This document shows, in pieces, positions 25,760 through 37,395 of a stretch of DNA of 64,000 nt. The position numbers were made by a program, and so were the translations under genes. The number at the start of each line of letters is the position of its first letter. Position 1 is the stretch's first letter. This DNA comes from Lama guanicoe (taxonomy: Eukaryota), in contig MU056000.1 in NCBI GenBank assembly GCA_013239625.1, positions 15,280,851 to 15,344,850 of the forward strand, written 5' to 3'. The notes under the pieces were generated by a model. That model saw only the letters and a list, made by a program, of their open reading frames with translations. It did no database searches and was not told where the DNA came from.

Positions 25760-26285
25760 AAGTCCCTACCTAAACCTCCCGTGACTTCCCACTAGGATTT
25801 AATGTAAAGTCCTTTGAATTAGAGAATACAGAGCTCAAAATAATCAGACTCCCCACTCCTAATTCCCTGAACTAATCTCTTGCCATGTCTCCTCCGCATG
25901 AGCCATTTTGGCCAACTGTCTCTCCAAATAAGTGCATCTCACTCCCATCTCTGAGCATTTGCACGTCCCCCTGCCTAGAACACCATTCTTCATCCGCCAT
26001 ATTGGAGTGAGCGCACTCCTTCCTCCTTGTAATTTCACTATCCTTGACTACATTTGGGAATTTCGCAAACCCCTCCTCACTTTTTTTTTCCCTGTAACAC
26101 GAATTATCTCCTAATAGGTTGTACAACTAACTTGTTTCACATTTTGTGTTTCTCCTTTCTACTGGAAATGAAGCACGCTGAAAGTAGCAATTGTTTTTAC
26201 ATGTTTTCTGTCTGTACTGAATTTGAGTATCCCCAAAGCCTAGAACAGGGCTTAGCACAGAGACAGTCAGTAAGTCTTATTTAAT
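25760..26285 (+). mobile_element. L2a-like 3' end
   Basis: 'gcatttgcacgtccccctgcctagaacacc' and terminal 'tatccccaaagcctagaacagggcttagcacagag'. Confidence 0.7.
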
Positions 26286-27937
26286 ACATTTCTAGTGTTT
26301 TAAAATTAAACAGTATTTTTTTTTGCCATCTTTTGTCTGGATTATCAAAGTATCTTCTAATTGGCTGTCCTATCTCCATATTCATTCCAACACATTCCTA
26401 ATAAAATAAATGTTTATATAGTAAAATGTTTACTCAACGACTGTTGACACATGGAGAAGTGGAGACTAACAGAATCCTTAGGAAGTTTCTCTGAGAAACA
26501 GGATGTATTGGGGAAAATTGTTCTTAAAGAAATGATACAGCTACCGTGCATTCCATGAAGATGGTACTGCCCAAAATGAGATTCAGTCTGCGTGTAAGCC
26601 AGATCAATATAAAGACAGAGAAAGTACTTTATGGGTATAGGTTTTGTTCTAAAATTTATTTTGTTTATACACTTAAAAAGGAGACTGGTAAAGATGTACT
26701 GAAATTTTATTGCAAAATCATCCCTATTACTAGAAAAGCCATTAAGATATGTTATTTTTTGGAAAATAAATTCGTAACATTATCTCTAGAAATCAGAATA
26801 TTATCTTTTCATTGTATGAATACTTCTCTAACAATTATCTACCAACACGGCAGTTCCAAAGCACTAAACAAACAAATTTTTAAACAGTCAATAAGAGAGG
26901 AAAAAACAAATCAAAGTATCTAAATGAAATAAAGTGCCTTTCAAAATCATAAAGCACTGGGTGGTTAAGGCTGAGAGTACCCTGAGGTAATACAAATGTT
27001 TCTGGGTTGATTCAGTTGTTTTCAGGCAGTAGGACATTTTCAGGTGGATGATGACTTCTGTCATAAAATGCAATTCTAAAAACGGCTTTAGCAATGTAAA
27101 TTGAAGATTGGTTAAAAATATTGAATGATGATGATAATGAATTCAGTATTATTTTAGAACCAGGATGCTTGTCCCTGGGAAGGGTTATGACATGCATCAG
27201 TCAGTAGAGAAACACAAGCAGTTATTTTCTGTACAACAAATCAAAGAGTTGGTAGTTTAAAGATGTAAACACCAAACATGGAACATTACATCCTACTAGG
27301 CTGTGTATAATTATAGATTAGGAAACTAAGGAAGGTTTACACAATTTGATAATCTCATAAATCTACTTCTATGAGTAAAGAAACATCTATATGTGTCATG
27401 TCTCTAGCTGTCTGTCTTTGGTAGGAAGTTATAATAATTTGAATACCACCTCTGGCCATTCTGGCCATAAAGGCCTTGAGCACAGAAACTGTCTCCTTTC
27501 TCGTGCATTCTCAGCTCATGCCTATAAGAGGAAGTCCGCAAAGTTCCTTTTGACTTGAATTAACTGTTAAACAACACTTTGTTAATATTCAATAAGGCAG
27601 ATATTATTAAACTTTTTAAAATTAGATACACAGCGTTGAGAAAAGTTTAATGAATATTTTTAGCACTTTATTTTGCCATAGGTATGTACACTTTTTATAA
27701 ACATAAATTAGGAAGTGTGTGATTTTTTAAAATTTAGTTTGGTTAAATATGTGTTTGGTTCACTGGTTTCTGCAAGACATCCTTCAGCTAATCACAAATT
27801 ATTTGTACATGTCTCCATGTAACGTAACACACACATGTTGAGTACCCACCATGTGCCAGACACTAAATTATATACGAGATGCAATCAGTAGCACTCTTAT
27901 TTTTCAAATTAATTAGAGCTAATACATAGTGTCTATA

Positions 27938-28001
27938 CAAGGATAATTGTGAGTTCGTTTCCAGACCATTGCAATGAAGTGAGTCACATCAAATTTTTTT
28001 T
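27938..28001 (+). mobile_element. Tigger1 left-end fragment
   Basis: TA followed by 'caaggataattgtgagttcgtttccagaccattgcaatgaagtgagtcacatcaaattttttt', resembling the Tigger1 5' terminus. Confidence 0.8.
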
Positions 28002-28512
28002 CAATTTGATAAGAAACAATATATATTCTTTTTCTGACACCACAGCTCTGGTGAGTGGTTTTGTACGAAAGAGGTTGCACAGACTGGAGGGTTGTGGGGG
28101 AGGAAAGGGAAGGAACCACGAAATTAGAATCAGAACCAAAATCCTAGATAGACTTCAGCATATGTCCCACTTCCATATTAATACAATTCATGTGAGAATC
28201 CCTAAGAAAAGGAGAACAGAAAACGAGGTGGGCAGGGAAGCGCAGGTTGGGAGAGAAAAAACAAGAAGACCAGGGAGCATCCCAGAGGCCACCCTTTCCT
28301 TCCCCGGAGGAGCCAGGAAGGAGGGCCTGCGCTCAGTGCCATGGACGGTGGAGCTTCGTTAGATTTACTTCCCCAGAGTAACACCGTGGTTTGCAGCTGC
28401 CAAAGGGAAAAAGAGAGGAGGGAAGCGGGGGGTCACCAGTGGGGGTCACACCAGGAGGAGACTCACTTAACCAAGAAGATGGGGAAGAAGGAGGGGAGGG
28501 AAACGAGGCAGA

Positions 28513-29019
28513 CAGGCAAACCTCGTTTCACGCTGCTTCCCTTTATTGCATTTCATAGATATTCTGCTTTTTTTTCAATTAAAGGTTCGTGCCCACTCTG
28601 CGTATTGTTAGTCTGTCGGTGCCATTTCTCCAAGAGCATTTGCACACTTCATGCTCCTGTCTCACATTTTGCTGATTCTCCGCATATTTTAAACTTTTCC
28701 ATTATTATTATATGCGCTATGGTGACCTGTGATCTTTGATGATTCTATTGCAAAAAAGAGCACAACTCATTGAAGGCTCAGATGTTGGTGAGCAGTTTTG
28801 TTTTTTTTTTTTTAGCAATAAAGCATATTCAAATTAAGGGTATGTACATTGTTTTCAGATATAATGCTGTTGCACACTCAGTAACACAGAATATAGTAGA
28901 AACAGAATTTCACATGCACTGGGAAACCAAGAAAATTGGCAGGACTCACTTTATTGCAATACTCACTTTATTGCAGTGGTCTGGAAACGAACCCACACTT
29001 ATCTCTGAGGTGCACCTTT
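28513..29019 (-). mobile_element. Internally deleted Tigger1 derivative (Tigger1a-type, non-autonomous) with both termini
   Basis: Begins 'caggcaaacctcgtttc' and ends 'cactttattgcaatactcactttattgcagtggtctggaaacgaaccc..atctctgaggtgcacctt'. The Tigger1 3' part is joined directly to the 5' part near 'gaaggctcagatg'. Confidence 0.9.
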
Positions 29020-30299
29020 ACAAGTAAATGTTCACAGGAATTAACAGACATGATAAAGAAGTTGTCAGGCTTAACCATGCAGGGCATTTATGCACTACAT
29101 GAACTCTGAAAGTGAAAAGGAAATAGTACGTGTGCATATTAGTATAGTGCCAATACACGCCTTTAATCTAGAAATAAATGATTGAAGTATTACTTGATAA
29201 CTTTTAAATCATGTCTAACATTGTTGGATAACATACTACATATGTCTTCATATCTTCACTTAAAAGAGCTCTCCCTTAGAGAGATAATGAAATGCCTGTA
29301 TTTCTTCCACGAAAAACCTCAGAGGTTACAATGGCAACCAAAATGTGTCTGGGAACAGTTTCAGGTATTGTAAGTATAATTTAAAGGGTGCTCAGGACTG
29401 CTTTTGCAAGAATGACACAACCCTAAACCAGGTACTAGAAGAAATGACACCTTAAATGATGTGAGACTTCAGGTTTTTGCTTTGTCCTTCTGTCTCTCAA
29501 TGTCTTTCCCTTCCTGTACTCCTTTATTACTCAGAAGTGACACCAACACACATTATGCCGATGTGAATGGAAGGACATATGACAACTCTTCTTTTTAGCT
29601 CTGCACACTCCATTCTAGCAGCGAATGTTCTGATTTTTTCACTCTCATCCCATCTGCTATTTCTTTAAGCCCGCTCCTGAAATCTAGACTTGGTACACTT
29701 CTGTGTGGAGAGACAGCCTGAAGACAGCCTGACCTTCTTGTTTTTCAGAAATCCTGGATAGAGTTGAGGGGCTTGTGTTGGATGAGGGTCCTGGTATAAC
29801 CACGGGGGACTCCTTGGCCTCATTATTTTAGACTGAAATGATGAAAACAGGGCCAAACAGTAGAACAGAGATAATTGCTTTTAAGATTTTCATGACACTG
29901 TATTTAAATTAAAACTGTTAAACCCCAAGGATAAACATTCTTATTTCCCACTCTTATTAAATTTGCTTAGAGCAGTGAAGCCTAGTCATGCACCATCTTA
30001 CCAGAGCAACTTGTACATTCCAGCAAAGCGTGTTCTTTGCTCTCACTGCCTGGACCTTTTCCCAAGTTGTGTAAGAATTTGATACTGCTGTTAAGCACAT
30101 GTGAAACCATAAATTCTACTGCCCTACAAACATTCTGGGTCTTGGGATCCTCTACCTCTCTCCAAAACAATGCTATTCCTAGAATGCTTCATGCTTAAGT
30201 TCATTTTTTTATTCAGCATTCTACTCCTTCAAATCAACTATCACTTTCCCATGTCTGTGTAGTTCCCTTTGGTGTTGACAGACAGTCCATTGGAATCTG

Positions 30300-30470
30300 C
30301 CTCAGCCATACTGACCTCCTTACTGTTTATTCAACATGACAGGTGTCACCCTCCCTCAGGATCTTCATCCTTGCTACCCTCTCCTGAGAGACTCTTCTCT
30401 GGTTACTTGCGTGGAAACTGATCACCTCCCTTTTCTAGAGCCTGGGAACACATGGGTGCTGAGGCAGTAC
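30300..30470 (+). mobile_element. L2 fragment
   Basis: 'cagccatactgacctccttactgtt...ccctcagg...cttgct..ccctct' is the canonical L2a segment. Confidence 0.6.
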
Positions 30471-30615
30471 TATGAGCCCGACGAGTGCACATCTGAGGGA
30501 GCCCTGCACACGGCCTGCACATGGAAGTCACAATAACCGTCCTTCCCTAGAGTGCTAGTGAGCTCCCCCAGGAGTGACTGCCCTTGGAGAATATCAGCTT
30601 GTTCCGTGTGGGCTC

Positions 30616-30983
30616 TGTCTCAGTCGGTTTGGGCTCCTATAACAGAACACCATAGACTGCATGCCTTACACACAATAGAAATGTATTCCTCACGGTTTCA
30701 GAAGCTAGAAATCTGAGACTAGGGTGTCATCATGGTCAGATTTTAGTAAGAACTCTCTTCTAGGTCACAGACTGTAACCTCTAGTTGACTCTTGAGCATG
30801 AAGGTAGCAAGAGGAGAGCTCTCTCCGGGGCTCCTTCTCTAAGGGCTCTGATCTCATTCAGGAGGGCTCTACCCTCATGGCCTAGTTACTTCAGAAAGGC
30901 CTCACTTCCTCAAACCACTACATTAGGGGTTTGGATTTTAACATATACATTTTTAGAGGAACTCAATTATTCAGTCTATCACA
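30616..30983 (-). mobile_element. MLT1A/A0-like solo LTR, full length
   Basis: TG...CA termini 'tgtctcagtcggtttgggctcctataacagaacaccatagactg' and 'attcagtctatcaca'. Internal 'gagggctctaccctcatggcct'. Confidence 0.9.
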
Positions 30984-31424
30984 AGTTTCCTCTTTTTAGA
31001 GTCCCAGGATGCTCAGGAGGAAGCAGTAGATGAAGAAAGTAATCACATAAGACATAAACTTATCACATTACATAGATATAAGAGGAAAGGGTGAAAACGT
31101 TTGAGAAAGGAGATGTGGATGGGTGAGTCCTATGAATACTTTGACCATAAGTTTAGTGAGAGTTTTCATTCCCTTAAATATGGTCATAAAGAATGCCTGG
31201 GGAAATAAAGTCTGTGGTAACATTAGATTCTAAAGAGTTACATGTAAGATTCTAGATGGAGCAGAAATGTAATGGGGTTAGCTTTTTTCTTTTTCCTGAC
31301 AAAATTATCAGTCTTTAGGCTTTCCAGAAATTCCAAGGAAGAAGCTATTTCTCCTGGAACAGTCATACCAGAATGGACTTCATGGGAGTTTAGGCTGTCT
31401 GAGAGATTTCCATTCACAGGGTCC

Positions 31425-31520
31425 AGTGGTTTCCAGTTCTCTTGGTGGGTAAGAATCACCTGAACACTATCTAAATTGTGCATGAATAGGCCTAACACAG
31501 AATTACTGAATCAGCATCCC
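31425..31520 (+). mobile_element. MER5-like hAT fragment
   Basis: 'cagtggtttcc...agaatcacctg...tactgaatcag'. Confidence 0.5.
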
Positions 31521-32139
31521 CATTATTCCATCAAAATGATACCACCTTTGTTTGCACATACAAATCTAGCTTTTGGAAGTGTGATGTTTTCAACATGGGA
31601 AAGGATTTCAATTAAAATGGAACCATAGGATATGAAATGGAAAATCTCACACTTGTACTCTCAGTAGACTGGAACTTAAGAGCTGAGAGATGGCTTTCTC
31701 ATAAATGCCTGATCTATAGATGACTGAGATTCGTCTCCCAACCAAAGAACATCCGCCAAAAATCCCTCTGCATCTTCAAGCCAGTGAACCTCTTGCTTGG
31801 ACTCTGGCTGGACCTCCCCATCTTTCCCTCCTTGCTCATGAATACAGCCTACCCCAAACCTTCAACTGATTCAAATGTAGGTGGCAACAGTGTATGTTTT
31901 GTGAATTGCAAATCCCTCTGTTATTTCGAAATAAATTTGATTTCTGGTCGTTTAAGCTTGCCTCAACTTACCTCCTTATTTGAATTGACAAATGCTTTAT
32001 CCCACTTAAAATATTTATTTATACTTCCAAATTTGCTTTCTAGGCAATCTGATGAAGTATCAAAACCTTTAGCCTAGTAGTTAAACATTTTCACAAGTAA
32101 ATCTCTTGTAAGCTGCTTCATGAAACGACTATGATACTG

Positions 32140-32345
32140 AAATAGTAATTAACTATGTGCCAGGCACTATTCTAATTTTATAGTTTAATTTAATTGTCAT
32201 AATAATAGCTTCACAAGGTAAGCACTATTGTCATCACTGTGCAGAGGAGAAAACTGAAGTTAAATAACCTGCTCAATGCCATCATTATGATCAGAGTGAA
32301 GACTGGAATCTAGGCCACTTGAGTCAAGTCTGAATTGTTATCTGC
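32140..32345 (-). mobile_element. MIR SINE
   Basis: 'actatgtgccaggcactattcta' and core 'cagaggagaaaactgaag..ttaaataacctgctcaa'. Confidence 0.75.
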
Positions 32346-32399
32346 TTTAAGATGCCTCCCGCCTTAGGTTGTTTGACTCTGAATACTTATTTGTTTGGG

Positions 32400-32439
32400 T
32401 GCACTCCATTTAACATGCACTCCATTTAACATGCACTCC
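32400..32439. repeat. 16-bp tandem repeat x2.5 (TGCACTCCATTTAACA)
   Basis: 'tgcactccatttaacatgcactccatttaacatgcactcc' read directly; the copies are perfect. Confidence 0.95.
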
Positions 32440-32459
32440 TTGCCCATTTCATCCCCTAT

Positions 32460-32947
32460 TCATGCATGTCTGTCCTTAAAGACCAACTTCAGGAATCTTT
32501 CTGAAGTCTGATCCTGTTACTTTTGCCCACAGTATTCGCCTTCCTCCATAACGTTTTACTTCCTGCCTATAATAGCCTCTTGTGATAACTCTAATGCTGT
32601 CTTTTATTATCACGCAATTACAGTGGGCCATTGGTGTCCACTGTTCCACATGGAGGAATTCAACCTACGGAGGGTCCTATGCTATGTTTGGGCTCAGCGA
32701 GGGTTGAATCTGCCCATTTGGAATCCCAGCAGGGCCAACAATGGGATTTGAGAATACACGGATTGTAGTATCCGGAGCAGGTCCTGGAATCAACCCACTT
32801 CAACCATGATACAGAAAGATGACTGTATGCTTCTTGTGTCTCTTACTATCACATAAGGATAGAATGTATGTCATATCACCAAAGTGCCAAGCACAGAGTT
32901 TTAGACATAAGGGGTCTTCAATAAAAATGTTACGAATGCATGAATTC
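32460..32947 (+). mobile_element. L2 3' end, interrupted by the Tigger element at 32621-32825
   Basis: Ends 'cccaaagtgccaagcacagag'-like, then 'tcaataaaaatgttacgaatgcatgaat', the L2 (TGAA)n tail. Confidence 0.6.
32621..32825 (-). mobile_element. 205-bp MER2/MER8 (Tigger2-family) non-autonomous element with TA target-site duplication
   Basis: Flanks are ta|cagtgggcc ... gatgactg|ta. Internal 'gggatttgagaatacacggattgtagtatccggagcaggtcctggaatcaaccc' is the reverse of the MER2/MER8 left end. Confidence 0.8.
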
Positions 32948-33440
32948 ACATGGATTAAAACAGTTTATAAAATCTACACAAAATATTTGAACACTATACT
33001 CTGTCTCTTGTTGTAAATAGAAAATAAATAACTAGATAAAGTATATAAAAGCCTTAATATACATTTGAGAATTCAGCGCTGTTCTCTACCAAAGATTTAC
33101 AAAGATCATTACCAAAAAACACTATTTTCTAATGCTGGATTGATTTAGGAATGATAAATGTCAGCCCGTTAATTTTGTGGAGCAACAAATAATCACACAT
33201 TTACAGACAGTAACTTTCAATTTACACTGATTATTTTCCTTCCTGATGTGCTGTTAATATCGAATTTTTCTGAGAAACCCCACTTGCTACTCTCCTGAGA
33301 ATGGTCAATGGAAATTCACAAATAAAGTGTCTTATTTAATATTGTTAGAATTTCTTTACAAATGTATATCAATAATTTTTTAAACAATATATTCTTGATC
33401 AAAAGAACAGCAGTGAATAATTTAAAAGGGCTTACTTATA

Positions 33441-33880
33441 CAGGCATACTTCAGTGATATTGCAGATTCGGTTTCAGACCATGGCTTTAAAGTGAATATT
33501 GCGATAAAGTGAGTCAAGTGGATTTTTTGGTTTCCCAGTGCATATAAAAGTTATGTTTACTCTATACTGTGGTCTATTAAGTATGCAATAGCATTAGTCT
33601 AAAACATAATGTGTATACCCTTAATTTAAAAATATTTTATTGCTAAAAAATATTAGCCATCATCTGAGCCTTCAGTGAACTGTAATAGTTCTGCAGTAGT
33701 AGCGTCAAAGGTTACTGGTCACACATCATCATAGTAAATATTATAATAATGAAAAAGTTTGAAATATTTTGAGAATTACCAAAATTCGACACACAGACAT
33801 AAAGTGAGCAAATGCAGTTGGCCAAATGGCACTGATAGACCTTCTACATGCAGGGCTGCCACAAAGCTTCAATCTGTTTT
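33441..33880 (+). mobile_element. Second Tigger1a-type element, right terminus missing
   Basis: ta|'caggcatacttcagtgatattgcagattcggtttcagacc', then 'ttttttggtttcccagtgcatataaaagttatgtttac' and 'gcagggctgccacaaagcttcaat'. Confidence 0.92.
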
Positions 33881-34637
33881 TAACATTTACATTCAATTGC
33901 CTTCCATAATCATTTTTTATTACACATTCTATTTTTAGCTTATCGTTTTCTTATACTCATTCTGCAAATTTCCTGTCCTCTTTCCCCTTAAATAATTACT
34001 AGGCCTTTCATATCTTTTTTTCCTTTGCTCCCCGTGGAATTTCTTTCATTAAAACTACTGGATTGACATTGTGAGTGAGACATACTTCTAATTTTTCCTC
34101 CCTGTGCCCAGCAGTCTGAGACTATTCAAATTGTGATAACACCAGTTGCACCGAAAGAGATACATTTGGGCCTAATTAACTATTGTTCGTTAAAAATGAC
34201 CTTGTTACAGTGAAGCGGGCATTAGGCGGTCTCAGCCCTCCCAGAGATGCATTTAGAAATTTAGCAAAAGAAGAAAGGATCTTTCAGACGCTTCTGAGTC
34301 TTCCAGTCACATGACTTAAAAAACACTAGCTGCTGGTGGTGGTATTAACATCATCATCTCTAATAAGATGATTCATTTGTCCAGTGATGCAAGTAGCTGC
34401 TTTCCCCCAGTGAGCACTTTAATATTAGCAGAGGTAGTCACTATCCTGTGATGTCAATGTCTTTACTCCTTCTGGTGACAAATGCGTGCATGAACAGGAT
34501 ATGTGGAAATCACAAATGTCCATGATAATATGATATACTGAATGATACTATACTGAGTTACAGTATGTTCTCCTTTCTAAAGAGAAGGAAAAATTTTGCA
34601 GATAATAAATTAATTGTGTTAATTTGTTTTCTTATGT

Positions 34638-34702
34638 TTCCATAGGTCAAATATATCAGCTGTTTTAAGCTTCCATAGGTCAAATATATCAGCTGTTTTA
34701 AG
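34638..34702. repeat. Perfect 32-bp direct duplication with a 1-bp spacer
   Basis: 'ttccataggtcaaatatatcagctgttttaag' occurs at 34638-34669 and 34671-34702. Confidence 0.97.
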
Positions 34703-35079
34703 TTTTTTGTTTTACTTATATTGTAACTCTATCAAGAGAAGTGTGGCTATAGCAGGATTGGTAAAATCTATTCAGAATACTTTAACTCATCACAAATTAG
34801 AGCTCTGTTAATCTATAAAAGGTTACTTTACAAAGACAATGTGTATTCCTTGCAGACACTTCTCAATAGCGCAAATTAGAGATATCAATGTAAAAGATAG
34901 AATGAGAATGCATATCTTTCGCAGTACTGTGGATTTGAATTTAAATTTCAAGGTGATATTTGCTGATATGGATGAATAAAGTTATAGGTAAAATAATTCC
35001 AATTAAGAGGAAGATTTTCTCACTATAGTGGAAGAAATGTGCTATGTAACTGAATGAGTCTCACAAATGATTATAATAA

Positions 35080-35350
35080 TTTGTTTGGTCACCTTGGGTA
35101 AATCATTCTACTTTTCTGGGTCTCAGTTCCTATCTTCATTTAAAAAAAGGAATTAAACTAGAATCAATGCTCTTAAATTTGAATGCATGTTAAAATAAAC
35201 CTGGGAGCTTTTCTAAAAAAGTATTCATGCCCAAGTGCAATGACCAGAATTTGTCTGGGGTGGGTTTGGGCATCAGTATACTTTAAAGTCCCCAGAAATT
35301 TGATAAAACTAGATTAGACGATCTTTAATGTTTCTTGTAGTTCAAAGAAG
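35080..35350 (+). mobile_element. MIR with a nested MER5A/B (about 35164-35310)
   Basis: MIR core 'accttgggtaaatcatt...tctgggtctcagttcct'. MER5 'cctgggagctt..aaaa..catgccc...gtctggggtggg..gggcatcagtat'. MIR resumes at 'gattagacgatcttta'. Confidence 0.6.
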
Positions 35351-36184
35351 CCTTAAAAGAGACTAATAAACTAGATGTTGATATGACAAAGCCTTTAGAA
35401 ACCAGTGAACCTAAAACACACCCTTCTGGAAAACTAGAAATGCATGTGCTATAAAAAATGATAATTTCTATTCATTTCTTACTATTATGCACCACTGCCT
35501 GTGAGCATCAGCATGTGTTTCTAGGAATAGATTCTGCCTGGAGTTTTTAATGACTGAAGCATCCCACACTTGCCATTCATCAGAAACACACGCCCTGTGG
35601 GTGATCACTGTACAGTCTGCCTTCTTCTGAGAAGTAATAGCAATTCACTAAAGCAGTACACTGAGTGCTACAGAATATAAGCTTATTGCTCCAATTACTC
35701 TTCAATTCTTGGAAGGGAACAAGTGAGAATAAAATCTAGCCTTAGTTTCTGTTACAAAGACATTTCTCTTCCAAACAAAGGTATATGGTTTAGAAAATGA
35801 AGCCAAGAATTTAAAGGAATCTACAAGATTCAGCTTTTTCCAATGCGTGCATTTAGCTATAAAGAGTAGAGCAATATTAAATTTAATATGGTTGTAACTC
35901 AACAAAGTATAGAGTTAAAATAAGGAAAACAATGTCCTTGACAAGTGTGAAAGAATTCAACGCATCTTGTTTATAAGTTTTAGCTAAGCCTTCCATAAGT
36001 ACCAATATTTTTCTTATTTAGAGGGCAAGAGGTAATTTAAATATGTTATATGTGATGAGATGATCAATATTATGTTTTGATAATTATATATGTTTATATA
36101 GTATATAAAATCAAGTTATTTTTCTAATTTTAATAAATGGCCTTATTACTCACTGTAAATTATAATCTATTTATATGTTAGTAA

Positions 36185-36556
36185 TTTACCAATCAGCTAT
36201 TACTGAAAACAGCATGAACTCCAAGTGGTGCCTACAAATAACTTATTTCTCATTCATATATGTGTGGGTCAACTCTGGATCTGCTGAGCTCAACTCACAA
36301 CAGCAACTTGACTCTAAGCTGTGGGTTGGGCTCAAGTCTACTCCATATGTATCCACATTCTGGGATCATGATTACCTGGGGTATGTTTTCTCATGGCAGA
36401 TGATAGAGTGCAAAAGAGCGAGCTGAGACATAATGACTCTCAAGGTCTCATTGTGGAACCGGCATGATGTTACATCCATCCAGATCTCCTTAGCCATAGC
36501 CGGTCTTATGACAAAGGGTAGATTAACAATTTGCAAATGATATTTTATTCTACTCA
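36185..36556 (-). mobile_element. MLT1H/I-like LTR
   Basis: 'tcagctattact', 'ctaagctgtgggttgggctcaagtctactcca', 'tacctggggtatgttttctcatggcagatg'. Confidence 0.7.
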
Positions 36557-36561
36557 ATTAG

Positions 36562-37395
36562 TTTATTCACCCACTTAGTCAACTATCCATTCAATCATAC
36601 CATTAACAAATAGATGTGTACTGAGAGCTATGATATGGTTGGTACCGTATAAAGCACTAAAGATACAATAGTGAGAAAAACAATCATGGTATCTTTTTCC
36701 ATAGAGTCCAAAGCCCAGTGGACCAATGAATGGCACAAATCAAGCAACTGCACAAACACATCTATAAATAAATAATTCAAAAAAATAAAACATGCAGGAA
36801 ATAATAAATGAACTGAGAACTATGTATTATGCTATCTAGTCAAAAATGGGGCAGAGAGAAGAGTATTTGAGGCGAAAGAATATGAGCAAATGTTTTGTAA
36901 TGACAGAGATCTTGTTTGTTTGAAGGAAATTTTAAAGAGAGATGAGAGAGATAAAAGAGAAAGGCTTGGGCTAGAACTGTAATGAGAAGTGGGGTCATAC
37001 TATTGTCAGCCTCATAGACAATGGTAAAAAAAATTTTTTTTAACATTTTTTTATTGAGACCATGGTAAATTTTTGAATATTTACCTAACAGCAATAGGAG
37101 GCTGCTAGGTGCTTTTGAGCAAAAAGTTTGATGTGAAATATTTCTATTTCTATTTAAAACCACCACTTTAGATTCATTAAAGATATTAGAAGGAGACAAG
37201 AGTGGAAATAGAGTTTGTTCTCCCAAGAGACATTTTAACCAGTTCTAGTTTGATGCTATAGAGACAGATGCATTGGAGAGAGATTTTGAAGGTAAAACTC
37301 AAAGTACACAGTGAAAATTTAGTTGTAGAATATGAAGGAGAGTGAGGTTCTAGGCTTACCCCTACAACTCAGGTTTATGCAACTGAATACATGGT
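36562..37395 (-). mobile_element. L2 3' portion
   Basis: (CATT)n-like tail, then 'tactgagagcta...agatacaatagtgagaaaaaca', 'gcaataggaggctgct..gtgcttttgagca' and 'gcaactgaatacatggt'. Confidence 0.7.

Noticed and set aside
27949..28739. Two overlapping 137-aa and 132-aa ORFs
   Set aside because: They run through Tigger1 sequence and a purine/GC-rich tract that is naturally poor in stop codons.
28945..28976. Direct repeat 'actcactttattgca' x2
   Set aside because: It is the native subterminal repeat of the Tigger1 left end, not a new duplication.
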